Below, in pieces: positions 1-7,524 of a stretch of DNA of 10,227 nucleotides (the stretch's first letter is position 1; every line of letters begins with the position of its first letter). The position numbers and the translations under genes are program-made. The stretch covers positions 1 through 10,227 of the forward strand of contig CAWJBB010000018.1 of the NCBI GenBank assembly GCA_963840855.1, in the 5' to 3' direction. Source of the DNA: an uncultured delta proteobacterium (lineage in GTDB: Bacteria > Desulfobacterota > Binatia > UBA9968). The notes beneath the pieces are model-generated. The model was not told where the DNA came from. It searched no databases and was given only the letters and a program-made list of their open reading frames with translations.

Positions 1-31
1 GGTATGGCTAGACTTTGACACGGAGGTATGT

Positions 32-2404
32 GTGGAGGTCAAGAACCATGTCGAGATTGGCGACAGGCTGAAACGCAAGGAGACCGAGCGCCTCATTGCC
101 GGCAAGGGCACTTTCGTCGACGACGTTCAGCCGGCCGGCGCGCTCTATGTCGCTTTTGTTCGCAGTATCTACGCCCACGCCAGAATCAAGCAGATCGACA
201 CCCGGCCCGCGCTGTCGATTCCAGGTGTGCACGCGGCCGTGACGGGAGGCGATATTCTCGGGGATTTGGCCGAGGTTCGGGGCGGTCCGGTACGCGATAT
301 AAAAATCTATCCGCTGGCGATGGACAAAGTGCGTTATGTAGGCGAGCCGATCGCCGCCGTTGTCGCCGAAAGTCGCTATCTGGCGGAAGATGGGACCGAG
401 GCCGTTGTGGTGGATTACGAAGCCTTGCCCGCGGTGGTGGACCCTGAGAAAGCGATGAGCGCATCATCGACCAAACTTTTCGACGAGCTCAAGAGCAACA
501 TCGTCTATGAGTTTCACTTTTCTACTCCTGATCTGGACCAAGTCTTCCGCACTGCCGACCTTGTGATTTCGGAGCGCTTGAACAGCCAGCGGCTCACTCC
601 TTTCCCCATGGAACCGCGCGCGTACTGCGCCGAGTACGAACCGCGCAGCGGACTGCTCACCTGTTGGGCCTCCACCGCCGGCGCGCATAATTTCAGGACA
701 CGGCTGGCGGAGACATTGGGATTCCCCGAAAGCAAAATAAGAGTGGTCGCGCCGGACGTGGGCGGCTCCTTTGGCGGCAAAAACGGCGGCTATCAGGAGG
801 AAGTGGTGGTGCCGCTGCTGGCGCTAAAATTGGAGCGCCCGATGAAATGGGCGGAGACGCGGGTCGAGCATCTGCGCACCGCGCGTCAGGGACGCGATCA
901 AATCCACTACATCGACGTGGCTGTCAAAAAGGACGGGACCATCCTCGCGGTCCGCGACAAAATCATCGCCGATATCGGTTGCAGTTACGGTGTCGACAAT
1001 TCGATTAGCTCGGCGGCCTTGTACGTTCCCGGCGTCTATCAAATTCAGAATTACGCCGTGGACGCCTACGGCATCGCGACCAATAAGGCCAACCACGGCT
1101 CATTGCGCGGCATCGGCAAAGCGGAAGCCGCGTTCGTTATCGAACGGATGGTCGATATCATCGCGCGCAAATTGAAGCTCGATTCGGTGGAGGTGAGGAA
1201 AAAGAATTTCATTCCCCCCGAAGCCTTTCCTTACCGGAATGTCACCGGGGCGCTTTACGACAGCGGCCAGTATGAAAAATGTCTGACCCAGGCGTTGGAG
1301 CTGGCGCAGTACGAAGAAGCAAAAGCAGAAAAGAAACGGCTCCGGGCCCAAGGCATCTATCGAGGCATCGGCGCGGTTCTGGTGATGGAGCCCACCAGTT
1401 CCAGGAGAATATATGCGACCGGAGGCTATGCGACGTGCCGGATCAGAATAGAACCATCCGGAACCGTCAGCGTGTTCTCCAGCGTGGGCGATCAAGGGCA
1501 AGGCCATGGCACGACGATCAGCGCAATCGTGGCCAGCCGAATCGGTTTCCCGCTGGACAAGATTTACGTGATTCGGGGCGATACGGCGGCCACCCCTTAC
1601 GGTTTCGGCACCGGCAGCAGCCGCTCGTCGGTGGTGCAAATGAACGCCGCGCTTTTGGCGGCGGAACGCTTGCGAGACAAATTGCTCAATATCGCGGCGC
1701 GCAATTTAAAGGTGCCGGCTAGAGAACTGGTAATCCGCGACGGCAAAGTCTGCGAGAAGGACGGCATCAAGGCGATCGGGTTGAAGGACATTGTGCGCAT
1801 GGCCTACGGCGCGATCCACCAGCTTCCCGAAGACGAGGAGCCCGGCCTGGAGGTCACGAGCCAATTTATTAATCCCAATATCGACTACGTTCCGGATGAG
1901 CGAGGACGGATGAATACGTTTTCGGCGTATCCCTACGCAGCCGTGGTGGCGGTCGTCGACGTGGACATCCACACCGGATTCGTCAAGATCGTGAAGTACT
2001 GCACGGTGCACGACTGCGGCAATATTATCAATCCGCAGATTGTCGAAACACAGCACTACGGCTCGGTGGTCCAGGGCATCGGCGCGGCGATCTATGAGCA
2101 AATCGTTTACGACGAGGACGGTCAATTAGTTACGGCTAGCCTGATGGACTACAAAGTCCCGACCGTAGAGGAGGTTCCCGATATCCGCCTTGGCCACCTG
2201 ATTACGCCGAGCCCGTTTTCTCCCCTGGGCACCAAAGGAGCGGGAGAAACCGGGATGCTCGGACCGCCGCCGGCGCTAGCCAGCGCCATTGAAGATGCGC
2301 TTGCGGAGTTTGGCGTGGAAATTCGCAACACGCCTTACACTCCGGAAAAGATCCTCGGGCTCATCCGGCAGGCGAAAAAGGAAGAAACGGTCCCGGCGGG
2401 CTAG
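32..2404 (+). CDS. Molybdopterin-binding large subunit, xanthine dehydrogenase / CoxL-CutL-like molybdenum hydroxylase (790 aa)
   Basis: GTG start with GGAGG at 22-26. Family motifs: G+G+FVDD, VRSIYAHARI, KVRYVGEPIAAVVA, PMEPR, APDVGGSFGGK, RGIG loop, GQGH, DCGNIINP and KGAGE with the catalytic Glu (E739). Confidence 0.95.
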   Translation: MEVKNHVEIGDRLKRKETERLIAGKGTFVDDVQPAGALYVAFVRSIYAHARIKQIDTRPALSIPGVHAAVTGGDILGDLAEVRGGPVRDIKIYPLAMDKVRYVGEPIAAVVAESRYLAEDGTEAVVVDYEALPAVVDPEKAMSASSTKLFDELKSNIVYEFHFSTPDLDQVFRTADLVISERLNSQRLTPFPMEPRAYCAEYEPRSGLLTCWASTAGAHNFRTRLAETLGFPESKIRVVAPDVGGSFGGKNGGYQEEVVVPLLALKLERPMKWAETRVEHLRTARQGRDQIHYIDVAVKKDGTILAVRDKIIADIGCSYGVDNSISSAALYVPGVYQIQNYAVDAYGIATNKANHGSLRGIGKAEAAFVIERMVDIIARKLKLDSVEVRKKNFIPPEAFPYRNVTGALYDSGQYEKCLTQALELAQYEEAKAEKKRLRAQGIYRGIGAVLVMEPTSSRRIYATGGYATCRIRIEPSGTVSVFSSVGDQGQGHGTTISAIVASRIGFPLDKIYVIRGDTAATPYGFGTGSSRSSVVQMNAALLAAERLRDKLLNIAARNLKVPARELVIRDGKVCEKDGIKAIGLKDIVRMAYGAIHQLPEDEEPGLEVTSQFINPNIDYVPDERGRMNTFSAYPYAAVVAVVDVDIHTGFVKIVKYCTVHDCGNIINPQIVETQHYGSVVQGIGAAIYEQIVYDEDGQLVTASLMDYKVPTVEEVPDIRLGHLITPSPFSPLGTKGAGETGMLGPPPALASAIEDALAEFGVEIRNTPYTPEKILGLIRQAKKEETVPAG

Positions 2405-2405
2405 T

Positions 2406-2510
2406 GATAATCTTCCCGGCGCAAGCGACGAAATGTTTGGCCTCTCAATGGAGGCGCGGCGCATGATTCTTAGCGGGAACTGTTTTAATAGCCATCCGAT
2501 ATGGCGTTGA
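2406..2510 (+). pseudogene. Possible 3' remnant of an amidohydrolase-family gene
   Basis: The intergenic frame reads DNLPGASDEMFGLSMEARRMILSGNCFNSHPIWR*. This loosely resembles the amidohydrolase_2 C-terminus pattern LSxEx+xxILxxNA. The match is short and judged by eye. Confidence 0.25.
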
Positions 2511-2522
2511 GGGAGGCTTTTG

Positions 2523-3386
2523 ATGTATCCGGCCGCATTCGAGTATCTGGAGCCACAGAGTTTGCAGGAAGCTGTGGATTTTCTCGCCCGGCTGGGCGAA
2601 GACGCAAGGATTCTTGCCGGGGGCCAAAGCTTGATCCCATTGATGAAATTGCGCCTGGCGCGGCCGAAATATTTGATCGACCTCAATCGCGTCGCCGGAT
2701 TGAGCTATGTCGAAGAGCGCGAAGGTTGCCTGATGATCGGGGCACTGACCAGGCACGCGGACATCGAAAGCTCTCCTTTGGTCCGCGAGAAAATTCCGAT
2801 GATGCGCGAAGCCGTAAGCCTGCTCGGCGACTTGCAAGTGCGAAACTTGGGGACCGCCGCCGGCGCTATCGTGGAAGCGGATCCCGCGGGGGACTGGGGA
2901 CCGGTAATCTTGGCCCTCAACGCTCGGCTGCGCTGTCTGGGCCCGCGCGGCGAGCGCGAAATCAAGGCAACGGATTTTTATACATTTGCCTACACGACCG
3001 TTCTTGAGACCGACGAGCTGGTCAGAGAAGTCGCGGTTCCAATCCCGAGCAGGCCAACTCTGGGGAGGTACATAAAACTCGAAAGAGTGGCCGGCGACTT
3101 CGCGGTGGCGAGCGTGGCGGTGCAAGCGGATATCGACAAAGATAGGGTCTGTCGCGACATCGGCATCGGCCTGGGCGGCGCGGGCGAATGTCCCGTAAAA
3201 CCGGCAGCGGTCGAGACCATGCTGCGCGGCCAAACGCTGTCGCCCGAGATCATCGAGCGCGCCGGAGGGCAAATTCGCGACATCGCCAGCCCGATCAGCG
3301 ATCTGAGGGGGTCCTTCGAATATAAAAAGGAAGTCCTGAAGGTGATCTTTTGCCGCGCCTTGGCGCAACTGACCGATCAACGGTGA
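2523..3386 (+). CDS. FAD-binding medium subunit (CoxM/CutM-like) of the molybdenum hydroxylase
   Basis: GGAGG at 2512-2516 favours ATG 2523 over TTG 2520. Motifs: MYPAAFEY, LAGGQSLIPLMKLRLARP, IGALTRH, QVRNLGT, ADPAGD, SDLRGSxEY+. Confidence 0.95.
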   Translation: MYPAAFEYLEPQSLQEAVDFLARLGEDARILAGGQSLIPLMKLRLARPKYLIDLNRVAGLSYVEEREGCLMIGALTRHADIESSPLVREKIPMMREAVSLLGDLQVRNLGTAAGAIVEADPAGDWGPVILALNARLRCLGPRGEREIKATDFYTFAYTTVLETDELVREVAVPIPSRPTLGRYIKLERVAGDFAVASVAVQADIDKDRVCRDIGIGLGGAGECPVKPAAVETMLRGQTLSPEIIERAGGQIRDIASPISDLRGSFEYKKEVLKVIFCRALAQLTDQR

Positions 3387-3419
3387 CGGATTTCGAAAAA
3401 GCATTGCGCGAGCGAAACG

Positions 3420-3527
3420 ATGAAGTTCGATGATTTAAGAGAATTCATAGACTGCACGAGAACGCGCGGCGACCTCCAGAAATCAAAGGAATCGACTGGG
3501 ACCTGGAGATCGGCGCGATCACAGTAA
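3420..3527 (+). pseudogene. Frameshifted, truncated 5' fragment of a UbiD-family (prFMN-dependent) decarboxylase gene
   Basis: ATG 3420 gives MKFDDLREFIDCTRTRGDLQK. Shifting -1 at the AAA run (3480-3482) continues IKGIDWDLEIGAIT. Together these match the UbiD N-terminal pattern DLREFI...GEL..I...DW.LEIGAI. The unshifted frame stops at TAA 3525-3527. Confidence 0.75.
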
Positions 3528-3541
3528 CACGGGGGAATATC

Positions 3542-4027
3542 GTGCCAAGAGAAATCGCCGTGAATGTGAACGGTACGCAGCGTCTGGTCAAAGTCGAGCC
3601 GCGGACGCTGCTCATTCACATGCTGAGGGATACCTTGGGGTTGACCGGGGCCCATATCGGCTGTGTGGTCGGCAAGTGCGGCGCCTGCACCGTGCTGTGG
3701 CAGGGACGGCAGGTAAAATCTTGCATGGTGTTTGCGGTGCAGACCGCGGGAACCGAAGTTGTAACCATTGAGGGGCTCGCGAAGAACGGGCGATTGCATG
3801 AGCTGCAGCAAGCATTTTGGGACGCGGATGCGGCGGAGTGCGGCTATTGCACGCCAGGCATGATCATGGCCGCATACGGATTTCTCCTGAAAAATCCCAA
3901 TCCCAGCGAGAGCGAGATAAAGCACGCAATCGCCGGAAATCTCTGCCGCTGTACCGGCTATCGCAATATCGTCCAGGCCATTAAAAAAGCTGCCAAGGAT
4001 CTGCAAGCGGAAGCGAAGCCTGCTTGA
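3542..4027 (+). CDS. 2x[2Fe-2S] small subunit (CoxS/CutS-like) of the molybdenum hydroxylase
   Basis: GTG start with GGGGGA at 3531-3536. Cys motifs GCVVGKCGACTV...KSC, CGYCTPG and GNLCRCTGY; also VEPRTLL...LRD.LGLTG and TIEGL. Confidence 0.95.
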   Translation: MPREIAVNVNGTQRLVKVEPRTLLIHMLRDTLGLTGAHIGCVVGKCGACTVLWQGRQVKSCMVFAVQTAGTEVVTIEGLAKNGRLHELQQAFWDADAAECGYCTPGMIMAAYGFLLKNPNPSESEIKHAIAGNLCRCTGYRNIVQAIKKAAKDLQAEAKPA

Positions 4028-4096
4028 TGGTTAGAAGACGTGATCTCGGACAATGGATTGAGAATCAGTAGAAACGAAACCATAGGAGGAAGCAGC

Positions 4097-4630
4097 ATGT
4101 TGTCAATCAATCCCGATATGAAGAAGTTGGTGCAGCGCCAATTGGAAGAGCGCGGCACAAGGGCGCCTGGACAACCCGAGCGACCCGTCACCACTGTGAA
4201 GTCCAAAGCGCTTCACGATCTGCAGTTTCGCGCCAGCGTCGAAGGTCATATTTTCATCTCCGACGAGCGGGAGTCCGCCGGGGGCACGGACGCCGGACCG
4301 GCGCCGCTACGATACTTCCTGGCGGGTGTGATGATGTGCCACCAGGTGTGGTGCGTGAAGAGCGCCGCGCTCGCCGACGTTCGGTTTGAGAACCTCGAAG
4401 GTGAGATCTCGGGCTACGTGGCGCGCCCCGACTCGCCGCGCAAAGGCGGCTTTGAACGCGCCACATTTACGGTCACAATCGACAGCCCAAACTCGTCCGA
4501 GGATGTGAAGAAAATCGTTGCTAGGGCGAGCGAACAGTGCACGTCCTTCGTGACCTTTGCGCGCGCCGCCCGAATCGATGTAACCTTAATCCATAATGGC
4601 CAGAAGGTCGACGAGCGCAGTTACGGGTGA
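4097..4630 (+). CDS. OsmC/Ohr-family protein (177 aa)
   Basis: AGGAGG at 4084-4089 supports ATG 4097 rather than GTG 4040. SDE...GGTDAGPAPLRYFLAGVMMC and ASEQCTSFVTF carry the two family cysteines. Confidence 0.85.
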   Translation: MLSINPDMKKLVQRQLEERGTRAPGQPERPVTTVKSKALHDLQFRASVEGHIFISDERESAGGTDAGPAPLRYFLAGVMMCHQVWCVKSAALADVRFENLEGEISGYVARPDSPRKGGFERATFTVTIDSPNSSEDVKKIVARASEQCTSFVTFARAARIDVTLIHNGQKVDERSYG

Positions 4631-4706
4631 TCCGGAGCTGCCAGCGAACGATGGTTCGGCAATCGATTGATCGTTATAAAAGGTCGCTATGCTCAGGAGG
4701 TGAACG

Positions 4707-5777
4707 ATGAAGGTAAAGGGAATCGCTATAGCCGCGATGTTCGCGGTCTCTATCGCAGCTGGCCCGTACCTGCTCGCGCGGGTTCACGCTGCTCAAGCCC
4801 CACTGTCGGTCAAACAGCAAGCGCTGATTGAGGCGGCTAAGAAAGATGCCGTTTTCGATATCATCGCGACCTGGAGGCCCAATGAAGCCAAAGCGATATT
4901 CGGCGCCTTCAAAGAAGCCTACCCGTTCATAGAGGTCAAACAAACGATGATGGCGGGCGCCGTCGGTTTTGAAAGACTCAGAGCTGAATTTGCCTCCGGC
5001 CGGCGCACTACCGATCTCATCAACACTTCCACCATCGATCTGGAAAGAGCCGGCATGGTCCAGGCCTGGCAGGACTGGTTTGACGTCTTTCCAAAGACGA
5101 AGAAGAAAACCGTTCATTCATCATTGACCGCAGCTCTGGAGCCCGGCGGAACCTACGCTCTCGTGTATCGCCAGGATCTAGTGCCGAAAGACTTGCAACC
5201 GCTCACCTACGCAAAGTTGTCGGACCCCCGTCTGCGCAGCAAGATCGGCGTCAATATACGGCAATATTATTTCTGGGACGCGATGTACCCGAAGTGGAGC
5301 GAAGAAGAGATCATGCGCTACGTCAAGACCGTCATCGTGCCGCAGAAGCCCCGCTTGTACAACGGCTCGGGCGACGGCTGGGAGATGCTGGTGCGCGGCG
5401 AAGTCTGGGCCAATCCCGTTTCCAACACGCACCAGTATTTTTCGCGTTATCAACCGAAAGGGGTCAAGAACATCGCGGTGGCGCCGGACTACGCCGGGGT
5501 GGAATCCGGCAAGCCCATCGCGCTACTGAAAGATGCTCCGCACCCCAACGCAGCAAAATTGTTTCTGCACTGGATCACCTCGGACCGTGGCCAGGAATCT
5601 CTCTACCAGCATCGGGGTCGAGGCAACCCATACGATGACAGCAACATCGTTGGACGCTGGTTCAAGCAACATGGCGCGAAGCTCCACGAGTATCCCGATG
5701 AAGAACGCGAGGCTAAAGCGAGGGAGAGCGGCGCACAAATCCTGCAATTGTTCGGCGTCCCAGTACCCGAGAGATAA
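4707..5777 (+). CDS. ABC transporter substrate-binding protein, FbpA/AfuA-like (Fe3+/thiamine/polyamine-type fold), substrate unknown
   Basis: AGGAGGTG RBS, N-terminal signal peptide, LIEAAKK, YPFIEV and the C-terminal APHPNAAKLFLHWITSDRGQ motif. Directly upstream of an FbpB-like permease. Confidence 0.88.
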   Translation: MKVKGIAIAAMFAVSIAAGPYLLARVHAAQAPLSVKQQALIEAAKKDAVFDIIATWRPNEAKAIFGAFKEAYPFIEVKQTMMAGAVGFERLRAEFASGRRTTDLINTSTIDLERAGMVQAWQDWFDVFPKTKKKTVHSSLTAALEPGGTYALVYRQDLVPKDLQPLTYAKLSDPRLRSKIGVNIRQYYFWDAMYPKWSEEEIMRYVKTVIVPQKPRLYNGSGDGWEMLVRGEVWANPVSNTHQYFSRYQPKGVKNIAVAPDYAGVESGKPIALLKDAPHPNAAKLFLHWITSDRGQESLYQHRGRGNPYDDSNIVGRWFKQHGAKLHEYPDEEREAKARESGAQILQLFGVPVPER

Positions 5778-5780
5778 CCT

Positions 5781-7511
5781 ATGCAGCTGGTGGAGACGGC
5801 AAGGGTAATATACGCCGGCAAGCTCCTGCCTCGTTTCAACGTGACCAATGTTGTCCTGGTCGGGACGGTTGCGATCATCGCTTATCTAGTTCTTGCTCCG
5901 ATCATTTTTCTCCTGTGGAGCAGCTTTCGGACCGCGTTGCCCACGCCGGCCAATCCGGGGCTCTTCACGTTAAAAAACTACACCTTTGTCTACAGTAACC
6001 CTGCCACATATACGTTGTTTCTTAACACGGCGATCTTCGTCACTGTCTGCACATCGCTCGCGCTTCTGCTAGCCGTTGGTTTCGCGTGGCTGATCGAACG
6101 CACCGACATTCCGGCCAAAGGCACGCTTTTCGTATTGATTTTGCTGCCATCGGCGGTGCCGTCGTTGCTGATGGGAATATCGTACATCATCTTGGCCGGG
6201 CCTGAAGCAGGGCTGCTGAATCGCCTGACCGATGACTTGTTCGGCGTCAAGCTTTTCAACATCTTCTCCCTCCCTGCCATGTTCATCTTGCAGGCTCTCA
6301 GCAGCGTACCGTCGTCTTTCTTAATCGTGCTCTCCGCGCTTAGAAGCATGGACCCGGCCCTCGAGGAGGCCTCCGCCGTTTCAGGGGTGAGTTGGCTGAG
6401 CACGCTGCGGCGGGTCACCTTGCCGATGATGCTTCCGGCGATCTTGTCAGCCGCTATCTACACCGGAATGAATATCGCCGAGACCTTCGAAATCCCGGCG
6501 CTGATCGGCGTGCCCATTGGGTTTCACGTGCTTTCCTCCCAGGTGTATCTTTCTTTACGGGTGTGGGGAAACCATACCGTTGCCAGCGCCTATTCCGTCA
6601 TTTTTCTCATCATGCTCATTGGCTTGGTTTTTCTCTATCAAAGGGCGACCCGCCACGGGTTTCGCTACGCCACCATCTCGGGAAAGGGATACCGGCCCAA
6701 ACTCATCGGCATCGGCCGTTGGCGCTATGTTGCGCTAGCTCTGATCGCCGTTTATCTTTTCGTGACCCTCGGCTTGCCGTTTTTCATTCTTGTTTGGTCC
6801 AGCCTCTTTCCGACCTGGCAATCGCCTTCTTTGGCGCTGTTGACTCAGTTGAACTTAGACAGCTACCGTGAAGTATTCGGCAACGCCAATTTCCTTGATA
6901 GCGTGAAAAACACTTTGATCCTGATGCTGGTTACTCCGGTTATAACCGTCGCCTTGATCAGCGTCGCCGCATGGCTCATCGTGCGCTCCAATTTGAGCTT
7001 GAAGAGCAAAGCGCTGCTCGACACCCTGACCTTTTGGCCCCATGCCTATCCGGGGATCGTTCTGGGAGTCGCGCTTCTATGGTTCTTCATCATCGTGGAC
7101 TTTCCGCCAGTCTGGGGCACCCTCTGGCCCATCATATTAGGGCTGACAATTTCTTACATGCCCTTTAGCGTCCGGACTTTAAACGCCGCTTTTATCCAGG
7201 TCCATCACGAACTCGAGCAGGCGGCTTACGTCAGCGGCGCGAGCTGGCTAACCACTTTTCTGCGGGTGACGCTGCCTCTGGTTTTACCCGCGCTTACCTC
7301 CGTAGCTCTCTGGGTCGCCATTCATGCGATGCGTTCGCTCACAGTGCCGATGTTCTTGACCACTCAGGGCAACGAAGTGCTGGCGATGCTTCTGTGGACC
7401 TATTGGGATAACGATATGGTCGAGGCGGTTTCCGTCATCGGCCTCTTGTATCTCGTCGTTTGCGTCGTTTTGTCGTTGTTGTGGCGTCGTTACGGGTTCA
7501 GGGATTGGTAA
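5781..7511 (+). CDS. ABC transporter permease, FbpB/ThiP-like with two fused transmembrane domains
   Basis: Highly hydrophobic, 576 aa. Two EAA loops (MDPALEEASAVSGVS...RRVTLP and VHHELEQAAYVSGAS...RVTLPL), plus ERTDIP and YATISGKGYRP. Starts 3 nt after the upstream stop. Confidence 0.92.
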   Translation: MQLVETARVIYAGKLLPRFNVTNVVLVGTVAIIAYLVLAPIIFLLWSSFRTALPTPANPGLFTLKNYTFVYSNPATYTLFLNTAIFVTVCTSLALLLAVGFAWLIERTDIPAKGTLFVLILLPSAVPSLLMGISYIILAGPEAGLLNRLTDDLFGVKLFNIFSLPAMFILQALSSVPSSFLIVLSALRSMDPALEEASAVSGVSWLSTLRRVTLPMMLPAILSAAIYTGMNIAETFEIPALIGVPIGFHVLSSQVYLSLRVWGNHTVASAYSVIFLIMLIGLVFLYQRATRHGFRYATISGKGYRPKLIGIGRWRYVALALIAVYLFVTLGLPFFILVWSSLFPTWQSPSLALLTQLNLDSYREVFGNANFLDSVKNTLILMLVTPVITVALISVAAWLIVRSNLSLKSKALLDTLTFWPHAYPGIVLGVALLWFFIIVDFPPVWGTLWPIILGLTISYMPFSVRTLNAAFIQVHHELEQAAYVSGASWLTTFLRVTLPLVLPALTSVALWVAIHAMRSLTVPMFLTTQGNEVLAMLLWTYWDNDMVEAVSVIGLLYLVVCVVLSLLWRRYGFRDW

Positions 7512-7524
7512 TGCGAGGTTCGCA

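Noticed and set aside
15-20. TTGACA upstream of the large-subunit gene as a -35 element
   Set aside because: It abuts the RBS, leaving no room for a -10 and start site before GTG 32.
3474-3490. Programmed -1 frameshift producing a UbiD-leader::Fe-S fusion
   Set aside because: There is no X XXY YYZ slippery heptamer, and the Fe-S gene has its own RBS and start. Decay or a sequencing error is simpler.
2445-4006. Long minus-strand ORFs 2445-3404 and 3377-4006, and the other overlapping ORFs in the track
   Set aside because: They are antisense or alternate-frame shadows of well-supported GC-rich genes, with no recognisable motifs.
32-4027. Annotation as aerobic CO dehydrogenase coxLMS
   Set aside because: It lacks AYxCSFR and the Cu-binding Cys, the gene order is not MSL, and no coxDEFG genes are in the window.
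4040-4096. Longer N-terminus for the OsmC protein from GTG 4040
   Set aside because: The strong AGGAGG at 4084-4089 points to ATG 4097.
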